From NCBI GenBank assembly GCA_041671225.1, contig JBAZBY010000001.1, positions 109,963 to 173,962 of the forward strand: a DNA stretch of 64,000 bases, read 5' to 3'. The notes below the pieces were generated by a model. The model had not been told where the DNA came from and made no database searches. It saw only the letters and a list, made by a program, of their open reading frames with translations. Position 1 is the first letter of the stretch, and every line of letters starts with the position of its first letter. The position numbers were made by a program, and so were the translations under genes. Positions 36,580 to 46,849 of this stretch are shown in pieces. The DNA is from Patescibacteria group bacterium (GTDB taxonomy: Bacteria > Patescibacteriota > Patescibacteriia > JBAZBY01).

Positions 36580-37144
36580 ACATTTCACATCACTTTGGTA
36601 TACACTTTCATGTATGCCAGAGAAACGTCGGTATCGAGATCGCGCTGAATATCTCAAGAAAGCCGTTGCAGAACGCCGTAGAAAGGTGAAAGTGATGGCG
36701 GTTGAGTATGCTGGTGGTCATTGTCAGATATGCGGATATAAGAAGACGGTTGCAGCTCTTGAGTTGCATCACCGTGACAGTAAGAAAAAGGTATTCGCAA
36801 TATCTGGTCAGGGGCTTACTCGTTCTTGGGAACGCATAAAAAAAGAAGCAGACAAATGCGTTCTTCTTTGTGCAAATTGTCATCGCGAGGTTCATGCCGG
36901 CCTAGTGCAGCTTCCATGAGTAATCATGGTCGAAAAACGAGGTGAAATGCGGGAATCCTACGTCGCGAAAGCGATATGGCAATCCGCAGCCAAGCCCTTC
37001 GCAAAAGGCGAGAGGAAGGTTCAGAGACTATCCGCAAGGAGTAGTCCCGTCACGTGACGGGCCGAAGCGCCTCGCACCCATATCCGGCAAAGCCGGATGG
37101 GTGATGATATAGTCCATCCCCTTTAGAAATATTGGGATCAGATG
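36580..37144 (+). mobile_element. Group I intron (566 nt) in the tRNA-Asn anticodon loop, carrying an HNH homing endonuclease ORF
   Basis: The R element GTTCAGAGACTA (37019-37030) and S element GATATAGTCC (37105-37114) are present. The intron follows a U, ends with G, and is inserted between anticodon positions 35 and 36. Confidence 0.7.
36614..36919 (+). CDS. HNH homing endonuclease (intron-encoded)
   Basis: ATG at 36614 inside the intron. The HNH motif is GHCQICGY...ELHHRDSKKK...CANCHREVH; the ORF-track extension upstream of this ATG runs through the tRNA 5' exon and is not coding. Confidence 0.7.
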   Translation: MPEKRRYRDRAEYLKKAVAERRRKVKVMAVEYAGGHCQICGYKKTVAALELHHRDSKKKVFAISGQGLTRSWERIKKEADKCVLLCANCHREVHAGLVQLP

Positions 37145-37189
37145 TAACCGATTGGTCGCCGGTTCGAATCCGGCCCCCGGAGCCATGAG

Positions 37190-37218
37190 AGAAATCGTCG
37201 CCAGCGCGGCGATTTTTC
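37190..37218 (+). terminator. Rho-independent terminator after tRNA-Asn
   Basis: Hairpin ATCGTCGC-CAGC-GCGGCGAT followed by TTTTT. Confidence 0.6.
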
Positions 37219-37232
37219 TGTATACTGTCCGC

Positions 37233-37622
37233 ATGCAACCGCCAAAAACGCACCCGCGCATCATCCGTGAATTTTATTTCTGGGCTGGCATCATCGCCAC
37301 CTTTGCCTACCGCATTATCGTGGTGCTCAATAATTACAGCGCCATCTGGGTGAGCGTTGCTTGGTATGTGGGGACTATCGGATTTATCTTGTACTTCATG
37401 CACCGATACAGCATCTCCAATCTCCGCGCAAAGCTTATTGAGAAAAATCAGCTTATAAAGAAGATTGATGAGCGCTCCGAGCTCAATGAGGATGACCGCG
37501 CAGCCTTGGGGTATATTCTCCGCACGCTCAAAACCACAAAAGAGAAATGGAACTCCATCTTCATCTTTGTGGCATCCGGTATTGCGCTGCTCGTTGGGGT
37601 CTATTTGGATTTTTTCTCATAA
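37233..37622 (+). CDS. Hypothetical small membrane protein
   Basis: Start at the internal ATG (MQPPKTHP) downstream of the tRNA terminator; the ORF-track extension overlaps the tRNA 3' exon. Two to three TM helices. Confidence 0.5.
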   Translation: MQPPKTHPRIIREFYFWAGIIATFAYRIIVVLNNYSAIWVSVAWYVGTIGFILYFMHRYSISNLRAKLIEKNQLIKKIDERSELNEDDRAALGYILRTLKTTKEKWNSIFIFVASGIALLVGVYLDFFS

Positions 37623-37669
37623 CGCAGAACTGACGCACAGGAAACTCACGTTTTTGCTATACTCACATC

Positions 37670-38161
37670 ATGAATAAAGCCCAGAAAACTCTTCTCGTCA
37701 TTGCTGGGTTCGTCATTCTCCTGGGTGGATTTTTTATATTTCACAAACAAGAAACAAACACGACCAATAATGACACCGCCATTCGGCAACCATGTATCGT
37801 TCGTTCGGTTGCTGAAAAAGTTGAACGTGCTGATTTAATTATTATTGGAAGAGTATTCGCCGTGATCCCAAATGACCGTACCGGCGCAACGGTACTCATT
37901 GAGCCTGATGGCATATTGAAGGGTGAGCTCCCTGAGCGTGGCATTGAAATTGCAGCGCTCGATTCACTGAATCTTCCGGAAGTCTCCCGTACACAGGATG
38001 AGATCAACTTCACAAGTACTGATGGCACCTATCTTCTCTTCCTGCGTACTCGTCCAGACGGCCAATATGATACAAGTCTCTGTGATGGATCGCGGTTGCT
38101 CGGAACCGGTCTTTTAGAAAATGAAAAAGAAGCGCTCGGCACACCTGCGCTCGTGATCTAG
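37670..38161 (+). CDS. Hypothetical secreted/membrane-anchored protein
   Basis: 163 aa with an N-terminal signal/anchor (LLVIAGFVILLGGFFIF); no recognisable motifs. Confidence 0.5.
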   Translation: MNKAQKTLLVIAGFVILLGGFFIFHKQETNTTNNDTAIRQPCIVRSVAEKVERADLIIIGRVFAVIPNDRTGATVLIEPDGILKGELPERGIEIAALDSLNLPEVSRTQDEINFTSTDGTYLLFLRTRPDGQYDTSLCDGSRLLGTGLLENEKEALGTPALVI

Positions 38162-38165
38162 CGCA

Positions 38166-39029
38166 CTACTGCTTCCACTCACGGAGCTGCTTGTCAAAAT
38201 CGGTGAGCGAGGCAAGATAGCGGATATTCTTCGTACCACGCCACGTTCGCTCCCTCACGACCTTACTCCAACCGCCACCGCCATACACCAATTTCGCATG
38301 GTGCTTTTTTGTGTACGTGGCAATAGCATTCAGGTATTCAAGTGAACCGACTTCGGTGAATATTTTTGAAAGACCTACCAAGGAAGGTTGGAGTTTTTGT
38401 GCTGCTTTAATAACCTCAACAGTCGAAATATTGATACCGAGAATATGCGTGGTCCAACCATGTAACTTCATAACGAGAGCGATCATGTGCAAGGGGATCT
38501 CATGCTGCTCACCAATTACACAAGCAAGGACCGCCACATTCTTCTTATCTAGCTTCACTTCTGGAATAAGCTGTCCAATACGAAAAAGCTGCAGACGAAT
38601 CAAGAAGCTCATGCGATGCTCTTCGTAAATGGAAATATGACCTTTACGCCATTCATCGCCAATGTTTTTGAGCGTTGGTGCAATGATGTGATCAAGAATA
38701 ACCGGCACAGGAATATTCTGGAGATACAGCGCCTCAAGGACGCGCTCCGCAGCGGTAATATCATTACTGGCAAGTGCACGATAGTATTCCTTCCATTCAT
38801 CTTTCGTTGGTTCCGGTTTCTTCTTCAAGCGACGAAGGACATACGATTTCTTCGCATTTTTTGGGTAGCGCTTCACAAAGAGTGCAAGTTCTTCTTGGGA
38901 AATCCTCCGATGTCCGCCAGCGGTAATTTGGGCTTTCAAAAAGCCTTTATCCACCCAACGCTTAATAGTTGAGACATTTACCTCAAAAAGCTTCGCGATT
39001 TCGGGAGGACTGAAATGCACGTTTTGCAT
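38166..39029 (-). CDS. MerR-family transcriptional regulator with C-terminal cobalamin (B12)-binding domain (CarH/LitR-like)
   Basis: N-terminal MerR HTH ([26 protein letters not shown]), then a B12-binding-like Rossmann segment containing the ExHxxP variant [20 protein letters not shown]. Confidence 0.6.
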   Translation of the reverse strand: MQNVHFSPPEIAKLFEVNVSTIKRWVDKGFLKAQITAGGHRRISQEELALFVKRYPKNAKKSYVLRRLKKKPEPTKDEWKEYYRALASNDITAAERVLEALYLQNIPVPVILDHIIAPTLKNIGDEWRKGHISIYEEHRMSFLIRLQLFRIGQLIPEVKLDKKNVAVLACVIGEQHEIPLHMIALVMKLHGWTTHILGINISTVEVIKAAQKLQPSLVGLSKIFTEVGSLEYLNAIATYTKKHHAKLVYGGGGWSKVVRERTWRGTKNIRYLASLTDFDKQLREWKQ

Positions 39030-39103
39030 GTTTTAAGTATATCCCCTATCATCTCGATACGCAAAGCGCTTATGCTCATTCATCTTATTCATTAACATCC
39101 AGT

Positions 39104-39640
39104 ATGAAGACAGGGCTCATTCTCATCATCGCAGTCATTGTCGTCGGTGGCGGCGCGTTCCTCCTCGGAGGCGGATCAAACGACGATAGAGAAAATAGTA
39201 ATGAAACATTAACTCAACAAGAAACAACCATGTCAAAAAATATCGTCGAAACGGCAATTGATGCCGGTTCATTCACCACACTCGTCTCAGCTGTCCAAGC
39301 TGCTGATCTCGTAGAAACGTTGTCTGGTGAAGGTCCCTTCACCGTATTCGCTCCAACGGACGAGGCATTTGCCAAACTCCCAAGCGGTACACTTGAAAGC
39401 CTTCTCGAAAATAAAGAAGGACTCGCGAAGATTCTCACCTACCATGTCGTTGCAGGAAAAGTGATGTCAGCGGATGTTGCAGCACTCTCAGAAGCAACAA
39501 CCGTTCAAGGTGGCACACTCACATTTGATACCAACAATGGCGTCAAAGTAAACAATGCAATGGTCACTCAGGCTGACATCGAAACAAATAATGGCGTCAT
39601 CCATGTGATCGACACCGTCCTCATCCCGGAAGAAAATTAA
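39104..39640 (+). CDS. Fasciclin (FAS1) domain secreted protein
   Basis: Signal peptide plus FAS1 motifs ([36 protein letters not shown]). Confidence 0.85.
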   Translation: MKTGLILIIAVIVVGGGAFLLGGGSNDDRENSNETLTQQETTMSKNIVETAIDAGSFTTLVSAVQAADLVETLSGEGPFTVFAPTDEAFAKLPSGTLESLLENKEGLAKILTYHVVAGKVMSADVAALSEATTVQGGTLTFDTNNGVKVNNAMVTQADIETNNGVIHVIDTVLIPEEN

Positions 39641-39678
39641 CTTAGTATTGTTCTTTCAAGATTATTAATCGTACCAAC

Positions 39679-39885
39679 ATGAAAATGAACGCAAGCGAAT
39701 GGATCGCATTCATCCTCCTCGTGGTCGGTGGTCTGAACTGGGGCCTCGTCGGCTTCACAGACTTTGACCTCGTTGCATCAATCTTTGGAGAAGGATCCGC
39801 ACTCGCGCGCATTGTCTATGCGCTAGTCGGTATCAGCGCTGTGTACCTGCTTATTGCAGTACCATCCAAGCGCAAATCCTCATAG
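39679..39885 (+). CDS. DUF378 family small membrane protein
   Basis: 68 aa, MKMNASEWIAFILLVVGGLNWGLVGF, with two TM helices. Confidence 0.7.
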   Translation: MKMNASEWIAFILLVVGGLNWGLVGFTDFDLVASIFGEGSALARIVYALVGISAVYLLIAVPSKRKSS

Positions 39886-39904
39886 AAAAGGATGCCCCCA
39901 TTGC

Positions 39905-39946
39905 AAAAGCCCGTATTCTACGGGCTTTTGTGTTTTTCGCCTTTTC
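39905..39946 (+). terminator. Rho-independent terminator between the DUF378 paralogs
   Basis: Hairpin AAAAGCCCGTA-TTCT-ACGGGCTTTT followed by GTGTTTTT. Confidence 0.6.
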
Positions 39947-40017
39947 TTGAGGAAGTCATGTTATACTGAAAACAAGAAAGAAGAGAATAACACTTTTTTA
40001 AGGGAGGTGAGAAATAC

Positions 40018-40257
40018 ATGAAAATGAATATATTTGACTGGATCGCCTTCGTTTTGGTGATCATCGGCGGCCTCAACTGGGGTCTCGTTGGCCTCTTTGA
40101 ATACGATCTCGTTGCAGAAATCTTTGGCGCCGGGTCAACGATGGGCAACATCGTCTATGACCTCGTCGGTCTTGCAGCACTTTATACGCTCATCATGGGC
40201 ATGAAGAAGGGCATGAAAAAGGAGGGAAGCGCCGCGCCGCAACAGCCGATGCAATAG
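40018..40257 (+). CDS. DUF378 family small membrane protein (paralog)
   Basis: 79 aa, MKMNIFDWIAFVLVIIGGLNWGLVGL, with RBS GGGAGGTGA upstream. Confidence 0.7.
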   Translation: MKMNIFDWIAFVLVIIGGLNWGLVGLFEYDLVAEIFGAGSTMGNIVYDLVGLAALYTLIMGMKKGMKKEGSAAPQQPMQ

Positions 40258-40262
40258 TCGCT

Positions 40263-40360
40263 CAAAAAACCCGCGTCATTCTCCGGCCTCGCCCGTAGGT
40301 CTATGGCCGATGGCCTCGCAAGTGGCACGGCCAAGGGAGAGCGGGTTTTTTGTTTTGCGA
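40263..40360. terminator. Long bidirectional-looking stem-loop (A-run, GC-rich extended hairpin, T-run)
   Basis: AAAAAACCCGCGTCATTCTCC ... GGAGAGCGGGTTTTTTGTTTT. The inner stem is GGCCTCGC...GGCACGGCC. Confidence 0.45.
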
Positions 40361-40425
40361 TCGTTGATGAAACACAGTATACTCATATCAGTTCTTTCTG
40401 CTCCTCATAATAAAAAACATTTCAC

Positions 40426-40911
40426 ATGGAAAAAGCAAAATATCTTATTGCAATCATTCGTATCTCCATGGGATGGATCTTCCTATGGGCATTTATCGAT
40501 AAGCTCGCCGGTCTTGGCTTTGCAACAGAATCTGCAAAGAGCTGGCTCAATGGTGGGTCACCTACTTTGGGATTTTTGAAATTTGGCACGAGCGGTCCTT
40601 TTGCGGACTTCTACCAATCGCTCGCTGGTCAGGGATGGGTAGACTGGTTGTTCATGCTCGGACTCGCAGGTATCGGTCTTGCGCTTCTTTTTGGCGTCGG
40701 GCTGCACATTGCGAGTATCACCGGAACGCTTCTGCTGTTCATGATGTACACTGCCGTATTACCGCCGGAAAATAATCCCTTCATGGATGAGCACATCATC
40801 TATGCGCTCGTTCTGCTCGCACTGCCGATGTTACAGGCTGGACATACATGGGGCATAGGACAGATGTGGAACAATATTCCGTTCGTACAAAAGAACCGCT
40901 GGCTGCAATAA
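40426..40911 (+). CDS. DoxX-family membrane protein
   Basis: 161 aa with four TM helices and a DoxX-like N-terminus (LIAIIRISMGWIFLWAFIDK). Confidence 0.65.
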   Translation: MEKAKYLIAIIRISMGWIFLWAFIDKLAGLGFATESAKSWLNGGSPTLGFLKFGTSGPFADFYQSLAGQGWVDWLFMLGLAGIGLALLFGVGLHIASITGTLLLFMMYTAVLPPENNPFMDEHIIYALVLLALPMLQAGHTWGIGQMWNNIPFVQKNRWLQ

Positions 40912-40968
40912 CAAGGTACCAAAAGCCGCCTCACGTGGGGCGGCTTTTTTGTATGGTATACTCCGTGC

Positions 40969-41577
40969 ATGATCGAAGTGGAAAAGAAATTCGAAGCAGA
41001 CGAAGCGCTTGCTGCTCGAGCCGTTAAAGGGCTTGAACGCAAAAAAACGATTCACCTTGAGGACATATACTACGAGACCTCGGATTTTGCATTAACGTCA
41101 AAGGACAACTGGTTGCGGAACCGCAACGGACGCTTTGAGCTCAAGATGGCTGTGCTCCGTGGAGACCGCAATACGCGCCATCCCTATGACAACTACAAAG
41201 AAATCGAAGAGGAAAATGCAATTCGTGATGAACTGAGCCTTCCACGCGATCTCCCATTTGCAGAAACAATCTCGCAAGCGGGGTATGCGCCGTTTGGACC
41301 AATCATTACCGATCGCGCAGAGTATAAAGATGGGGCCTTCACCATTGACGTGGATCATCTGCCAGGTGGAAGAATTATTGTTGAAGTGGAAACACTGGTT
41401 GAAAAAAATAAAGACATCACCGCCGCAGAAGAACGTCTCGCCTCATTTGCAAAAAAACGCGGTCTTTCAAAAGAAGCGCACTACGGAAAAATTTTTGAAT
41501 TTCTAAAAATCAACCGTCCGGAACATTACCAGGCGCTTAAGGCTGCCGGCGTGATCGACAAATATTACCCGGAGTAG
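40969..41577 (+). CDS. CYTH-domain protein (triphosphate tunnel metalloenzyme; CyaB/thiamine-triphosphatase-like)
   Basis: N-terminal EVEKKF motif and the E/R/K tunnel residue pattern; 202 aa. Confidence 0.65.
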   Translation: MIEVEKKFEADEALAARAVKGLERKKTIHLEDIYYETSDFALTSKDNWLRNRNGRFELKMAVLRGDRNTRHPYDNYKEIEEENAIRDELSLPRDLPFAETISQAGYAPFGPIITDRAEYKDGAFTIDVDHLPGGRIIVEVETLVEKNKDITAAEERLASFAKKRGLSKEAHYGKIFEFLKINRPEHYQALKAAGVIDKYYPE

Positions 41578-41781
41578 CAAGATGCATCGGGCTGGAGCGG
41601 GCACTCGCCTAGGAGATTTTTTGTGTCGTTCGATGCGACGCTCTGGAGCGAGCAGCGACCGAGCCGTATTCTCATACGGCGAGAGAGCAGCACAGCGAAG
41701 AGCAAGCCGAAGGACAGCAGTATGAATAGCCCGGCTTTGCCGGGATTTCATGCTGCTGTCAGCGAACACACAGAAAATCTC

Positions 41782-43110
41782 CTAGTAATCCCGGAGCTTC
41801 CGCATGCCCTTATGCTGCTGAATGCGTTCCAACGCTTTTGCCTCGATCTGACGGATGCGCTCGCGCGTAACGCCGAATTCCTGCCCGACTTCTTCCAGCG
41901 TGTGCGAGATGCCGTCCGTCAAACCAAAGCGCATTTCCAGGATCTTCTGCTCGCGCGCAGAGAGCTCACGGATGACCTCTCGCACGTGATCTTTCAAAAG
42001 CTGCAACGCGGCAATGCGGTCCGGCGTGATGGTCTTGACGTCCTCAATGAAGTCGCCGAGTTTGGAATCCTCATCATCTTCACCCACGGATGTTTCAAGT
42101 GAAACCGTATCCTGTGAAATCTTGATGATATTGTGAATCTTATCAATCGGCTCACCCATCTCTGCGGCGATTTCTTCTGGTAATGGCTCACGTCCAAGAT
42201 CTTGAATAAGCTGACGCTCGATCTGCTGGAACTTATTGATCGTTTCCACCATATGAACCGGAATACGGATGGTGCGGCTTTGGTCTGCAAGAGCGCGGGT
42301 AATTGCTTGGCGGATCCACCACGTTGCATAGGTTGAGAACTTATATCCCTTACGGTAATCGAACTTCTCAACCGCACGGAACAAACCGATATTGCCTTCC
42401 TGTATCAGATCCAGCAATGAAAGCGAGCGGCCGGTGAACTTCTTTGCGATGGAAACAACAAGACGAAGGTTCGCTTCCACAAGCCTGCGTTGCGCTTCTT
42501 GATCATGACGCTCTTTGCGCTTTGCAAGCTGCACTTCTTCTTCTGCGGTAAGAAGCGATACTTTTCCTATTTCACGCAGATACATCTGAATGGAGTCACC
42601 AGAAATATCACCAAGGTTGAATGGCTTATCATCCTCCTTTTTTTTCTTCAGTGGCTTTTTCTTTTTCGACTTTTTACCCGTGGGCGTTCTATCTTCTTCC
42701 TTGGGTTTGAGTGAAAGGTCTAAAGAATCAAAAATACCCGCTTTCTTCTCCACCACCGGAATGCCATAGTCCTCGAGCTTTGAAAGGAGACTTTCATACA
42801 CATCCACATGCAATTCAATATCAGGCAGCGTATACATGATCTCATTTTCTGTCATAAAACCACGCTGCTGTGCCTTCTTCAGCAGTTCCTCAATAAGACC
42901 CGCATCAATCTCCTTTGCTCTGCGAGCGGTGCGACGAGTAGCTTTGACAATTTTGGATACCGTTCTTGTAGCCTTTTTTGCTTTAACAACAGCGGTCTTT
43001 TTGATGACCGGCTTCTTCTGTGCAGGAGTTTTCTTTGCTGTTTTTTTTATGGTGGTCTTTCCGGCAGAACCGGATCCGGCTTTGCCGGACTTTGCCTTTT
43101 TGGCGGTCAT
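41782..43110 (-). CDS. rpoD: RNA polymerase primary sigma factor (sigma-70, RpoD)
   Basis: Region 2 ([14 protein letters not shown]), region 4 HTH ([24 protein letters not shown]) and a Lys-rich N-terminal extension. It lies downstream of dnaG, the classic operon arrangement. Confidence 0.9.
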   Translation of the reverse strand: MTAKKAKSGKAGSGSAGKTTIKKTAKKTPAQKKPVIKKTAVVKAKKATRTVSKIVKATRRTARRAKEIDAGLIEELLKKAQQRGFMTENEIMYTLPDIELHVDVYESLLSKLEDYGIPVVEKKAGIFDSLDLSLKPKEEDRTPTGKKSKKKKPLKKKKEDDKPFNLGDISGDSIQMYLREIGKVSLLTAEEEVQLAKRKERHDQEAQRRLVEANLRLVVSIAKKFTGRSLSLLDLIQEGNIGLFRAVEKFDYRKGYKFSTYATWWIRQAITRALADQSRTIRIPVHMVETINKFQQIERQLIQDLGREPLPEEIAAEMGEPIDKIHNIIKISQDTVSLETSVGEDDEDSKLGDFIEDVKTITPDRIAALQLLKDHVREVIRELSAREQKILEMRFGLTDGISHTLEEVGQEFGVTRERIRQIEAKALERIQQHKGMRKLRDY

Positions 43111-43124
43111 AGGTATTGCAAAAA

Positions 43125-44951
43125 TTAACGCAGGGCGCGGAGTTGCTGAGAAAGGTTCTGAAACTGCTCAGTGAGCTGTTCAATACCCGACTCATCGCCT
43201 CCAGCGGTTTCCAGCGATTTCATTTCCCGCTCGATGCGGCGGAGTCCCTCTATAAGAAAGAGTTTTGTGAGCTCGCGAGCATGCGTAATCGCAGCCGGAT
43301 CAAGCTCTCGTGAGGGAAACTCACTGAAATCCCGGTCAAAGCGGAGCACAAGTTGTTCAATGAGACTCCGCTGTCCTCCCTGTTCTTCCCACTTCTGCGT
43401 GAGAAGATCGGTTGAAAAAGCTTCGTGAGTATACAAAGAAATGAGGAGGGTGTAAAGCTTGCGAAGATCGCCTTCTGGGAGCTGTTCTGGTTTTATGACA
43501 TCCGCAACATCTTTGGTGTCCGTTGGTTTATGAAGGAGTAATGCAAGAAGCTCCTCAAGAAGTTCTGAGGCGCGATGCTGCGCTTGCTTTTCTGGTGGAG
43601 AATTGTGTTGTTGTGAAAGGACGTGCGTGGGAGGTACCTGGGCTTTTGACAGGTCGTTCTTACCGGCCCGCTTCGTCGCGAGGCGAGCAGGCAGGCGTGC
43701 CATTAATGTCTCCACATCCACATGAACAATGTGTGCGAGTTGTTCCAAATAATGCCGCTGCTCCACCGGGTCAGCGATTTTTGCAAGCGCGGTGAGATAC
43801 TGTTTGGTGATCTGTTTTTTTGCTTCCACGGTTTCTGTGCCGTGTCGCTGCACGAGCTGATCAAACAACACGGCAAAAAAAGGGCGGGCGTTTTCAACGC
43901 ATTGCTTCCATGCCGCGGCATTCTCACGCACCAATTCATCTGGGTCCTTCCCTTTCGGTAAAAGAAGCGCTTTAATCTCCATCTCCATCTCCAACGCGAG
44001 GTCCAAACCCCGGGCAGTCGCCGCCTCGCCGGCCATATCCGCATCAAATGCAACAATGATGGTGTTGGTAAAGCGCTTAAGAAGTCCAAGCTGATCTTTT
44101 GTTAATGCAGTGCCAGAAACACCAACCACCTGCTGCACGCCAACGCGGTGTGACGCAATAACATCGGTATAACCTTCCACCAACACAACCGCCTTCACAT
44201 CTCGAATCGCCTTCTTTGCTCGATACAAACCATAAAGCACGCGGCTCTTATCATAAATAGGCGTCTGCGGTGAGTTCAAATATTTTGCCGGGTCGTCCTT
44301 ATCGAGCGTACGGCCGCCAAAACCGATCACATTCCCGTGCACATCAGCAATGGGGAACATGATGCGGTTACGGAACCGTTCATAATAGCCATCTCGCTTC
44401 TCGCTCTTCACGGTGAGACCCGCCTGAAAGATCTCTTTCTCCGTGAACTGCTTCTCTTTGAGAAAGATCATCGCGTGTTCCCATGCTTCTGGAGCAAAGC
44501 CAATGCCAAACTGTTCCTGCACATCGGTATCCATTCCGCGCTCTTCCAGATACTTCCGCGCATCTGCACCGCGTTCACCGGTGAGCTGCTTCATGAAGTA
44601 TGCCGTCGCCCATTTGTGCACATCCAAAAGACGCGTCCGTTCATTGGATTCGCTCTTCCCCTCATTACTTAATTCAACGCCTGCGCGTTTGGCGAGAAGC
44701 CGCAATGCCTCAGGGAATTCAATCCCTTCCACTTCCATCACAAAAGCAAACACATCACCGCTCCGGCTACAGCCAAAGCAATGCCAATACTGCCGGTCCC
44801 GATTCACCATAAAGGACGGCGTCTTCTCTTTATGGAAGGGGCACCGCGCTTTGAAGTTGATTCCTGCCGGGGTCAAACGAACATACTCGCTGATCAAATC
44901 AACAAGGTCAACTCGCTCTTTGATACGTTCAGTGTCTTTCATATGTCCCAT
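43125..44951 (-). CDS. dnaG: DNA primase DnaG
   Basis: CHC2 zinc finger ([25 protein letters not shown]), a TOPRIM domain ([10 protein letters not shown]...DADMAGEAA) and 608 aa length. Confidence 0.9.
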   Translation of the reverse strand: MGHMKDTERIKERVDLVDLISEYVRLTPAGINFKARCPFHKEKTPSFMVNRDRQYWHCFGCSRSGDVFAFVMEVEGIEFPEALRLLAKRAGVELSNEGKSESNERTRLLDVHKWATAYFMKQLTGERGADARKYLEERGMDTDVQEQFGIGFAPEAWEHAMIFLKEKQFTEKEIFQAGLTVKSEKRDGYYERFRNRIMFPIADVHGNVIGFGGRTLDKDDPAKYLNSPQTPIYDKSRVLYGLYRAKKAIRDVKAVVLVEGYTDVIASHRVGVQQVVGVSGTALTKDQLGLLKRFTNTIIVAFDADMAGEAATARGLDLALEMEMEIKALLLPKGKDPDELVRENAAAWKQCVENARPFFAVLFDQLVQRHGTETVEAKKQITKQYLTALAKIADPVEQRHYLEQLAHIVHVDVETLMARLPARLATKRAGKNDLSKAQVPPTHVLSQQHNSPPEKQAQHRASELLEELLALLLHKPTDTKDVADVIKPEQLPEGDLRKLYTLLISLYTHEAFSTDLLTQKWEEQGGQRSLIEQLVLRFDRDFSEFPSRELDPAAITHARELTKLFLIEGLRRIEREMKSLETAGGDESGIEQLTEQFQNLSQQLRALR

Positions 44952-46224
44952 GCGCTGGATACGAGCTCCGCGCGCGGAGAATCTCCGCTTCGGGAATATA
45001 CACCTTTCTTATATCGCCGACAAGAAACGTTGAACCGGTCACAAGAATCGTCCCTGTCTGCGGGGTTTTTCTCTTTGCGAGTGCCAATGCCGATAATGGA
45101 TCAAGCTCAATCGTTGTGTGCTGCCGCTGCTTCTGAGAAAGGGTACGATACAATGCGCCAAGATCATAAACCTTACGAAACGGCGTCGCGTAGCGGGTGA
45201 GCACGATATGCGTGCACTGCGGCGCAAGTGTGCGGAGCATCTCTGGCGCATCCTTTGACGCAGTGCTGGTGAAAACAAGGGTATATGTTTTGATGTTGTT
45301 GCGTTCGAGCTTCTCTTTGAGAAAATGAATCTTCTCATTATTATGCGCGGAGTCCAACAAGACGCGCGGGTGCCGTGCAACGGTTTCAAAGCGTCCCGGC
45401 AGGCCTGGCTGAGCAAGGGCGCGCTCCTGAGCCGCGCGGCTCACGCCAAGTTTTTCTGCTGCTGCTTTTGCAAGCAAGATGTTCTGCGCGGTCTGCATCT
45501 CTTTTGTGAGCGTCAGCGATGTGAACGTTGCGCCCGCTCGTTGTGCGCGTTGGTGAAAGTATTTTACAAATCGCGGGCGTTGCTCTGCGGTAAGCACGTG
45601 CCGTGTCCCCTTTTTAATGATCCCCGCTTTTGCCCGAGCAATATCTTTAAGCGTGGGGCCGATAATAGGCGCGTGATCCCATCCAATGTTCGTAATGATT
45701 GCGGCTTCTGCCTTTGGCACGGCATTGGTTGCATCAAGTTCACCGCCAAGTCCTGTTTCAAGCACCATCCAATCCACCTTTGCGCGCTTAAAAGCAAAAA
45801 AAGCAAGCGCGGTCTTAATTTCAAAAAATGACGGAGGATCCCATCGCTCTTTTTGCATAAAACGTTGCAGCGCATCCTTCAGCTCCCAGGTGATTCCCGC
45901 ATATTCTTTTGGGCTGATATAGGCATTGTTGATCAAGATGCCGTCGATCGGCGTGGTGACATACGGAGAATAGAATGAACCGACTGTCCTGCCATCTGCG
46001 CGCAGCATGTGATGCAATAAATGCGTGGTACTCCCTTTGCCGGCCGAACCGGCAACCTGCACCGCACGAATGCCGCGTTCAGGGTGCCCCAAAAACGCGA
46101 GAAACTTCTTGTAGTGCGTGAACACATGGTGCGCATTCTCGCGATACACCATATATTGGCGTTGCGTGAGATTCGTCATCCCAAGAATAAACGCAACCGC
46201 GTCATGATACTCCTGATACTTCAT
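44929..46224 (-). CDS. Mur-ligase-family folylpolyglutamate/dihydrofolate synthase (FolC-like)
   Basis: P-loop VAGSAGKGST and a Mur ligase middle/C domain pattern; 431 aa. Confidence 0.7.
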   Translation of the reverse strand: MKYQEYHDAVAFILGMTNLTQRQYMVYRENAHHVFTHYKKFLAFLGHPERGIRAVQVAGSAGKGSTTHLLHHMLRADGRTVGSFYSPYVTTPIDGILINNAYISPKEYAGITWELKDALQRFMQKERWDPPSFFEIKTALAFFAFKRAKVDWMVLETGLGGELDATNAVPKAEAAIITNIGWDHAPIIGPTLKDIARAKAGIIKKGTRHVLTAEQRPRFVKYFHQRAQRAGATFTSLTLTKEMQTAQNILLAKAAAEKLGVSRAAQERALAQPGLPGRFETVARHPRVLLDSAHNNEKIHFLKEKLERNNIKTYTLVFTSTASKDAPEMLRTLAPQCTHIVLTRYATPFRKVYDLGALYRTLSQKQRQHTTIELDPLSALALAKRKTPQTGTILVTGSTFLVGDIRKVYIPEAEILRARSSYPAHGTYERH

Positions 46225-46586
46225 GCCTTCTCCTCTCCGCTGCGTAGCCAGCGCGCGCCAAGATACACAAACGGCGTATCAAGAAGTGCCATTGCAATCT
46301 TGAATAGCCAATACGGAATAATGAGCGTGTAGAGAAAACCAACATCAAACTTTTCCGTTACCTGATAGAGCGCGATCAATCCCGCGTTCACGAGCTGACG
46401 GGAATACTCCTTCCCTTTTACCTCGGAAATGATATCCGTGATCATGAACGTCAACGGATATGCAAAAATACCAATCGACACGGACACGCCGAGTAGTGTG
46501 GTAATTTTTGTACCTAAAAGATTGGCCGCAATAAGACCAGCTATGAAGATACCCGAGAGAAGCTGAAGTCTGCCCTGTTGTGTCAT
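46221..46586 (-). CDS. VUT/YhhQ-family (DUF165) membrane protein, short (121 aa)
   Basis: Conserved FAYPLTFMITDIISEVKGKEY block matches the YhhQ signature; the protein is roughly half of typical length and overlaps folC by 4 nt. Confidence 0.5.
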   Translation of the reverse strand: MTQQGRLQLLSGIFIAGLIAANLLGTKITTLLGVSVSIGIFAYPLTFMITDIISEVKGKEYSRQLVNAGLIALYQVTEKFDVGFLYTLIIPYWLFKIAMALLDTPFVYLGARWLRSGEEKA

Positions 46587-46849
46587 AAATCTTTTGTCTT
46601 AGCCTTGAATGATCTGCTCCTCAAACGCGTCTTAGTTATTTGAAGGACATTCTGATTGAAATCCATGTATAGAGTAGTCTGCTGTCTTAAAAGAGTACAC
46701 AACATCAACGTCCAGTGAGACATTGTACCTTTTTATGTTCTTTTTTCAAGGATTCCCCTTGATAGGTATTCCGGAGTGTGCTAAGACACAGTCAGCTTTT
46801 TGATGCATTCTGCATCTTGTTCCCTCGATCTTTCACAGGAGGTACGGTC

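Larger units (their letters stand above)
36546..37185 (+). tRNA. tRNA-Asn (anticodon GUU) interrupted by a group I intron; exons 36546-36579 and 37145-37185
   Basis: The 5' exon gives acceptor TCCGGGG, D-arm GCTC-AGTGGTA-GAGC and anticodon stem GTCGG plus CTGT. The 3' exon gives TAA-CCGAT, T-arm GCCGG-TTCGAAT-CCGGC, acceptor CCCCGGA, G73 and CCA. The U1:A72 pair and G73 are Asn-like. Confidence 0.75.

Noticed and set aside
36509-36613. Upstream extension of the HNH ORF (GTG start at 36509)
   Set aside because: The extension translates the tRNA-Asn 5' exon and the intron 5' end; the ATG at 36614 inside the intron is the plausible start.
37152-37232. TTG-start extension of the ORF 37152-37622
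   Set aside because: It overlaps the tRNA-Asn 3' exon and its terminator; the internal ATG at 37233 downstream of the terminator was preferred.
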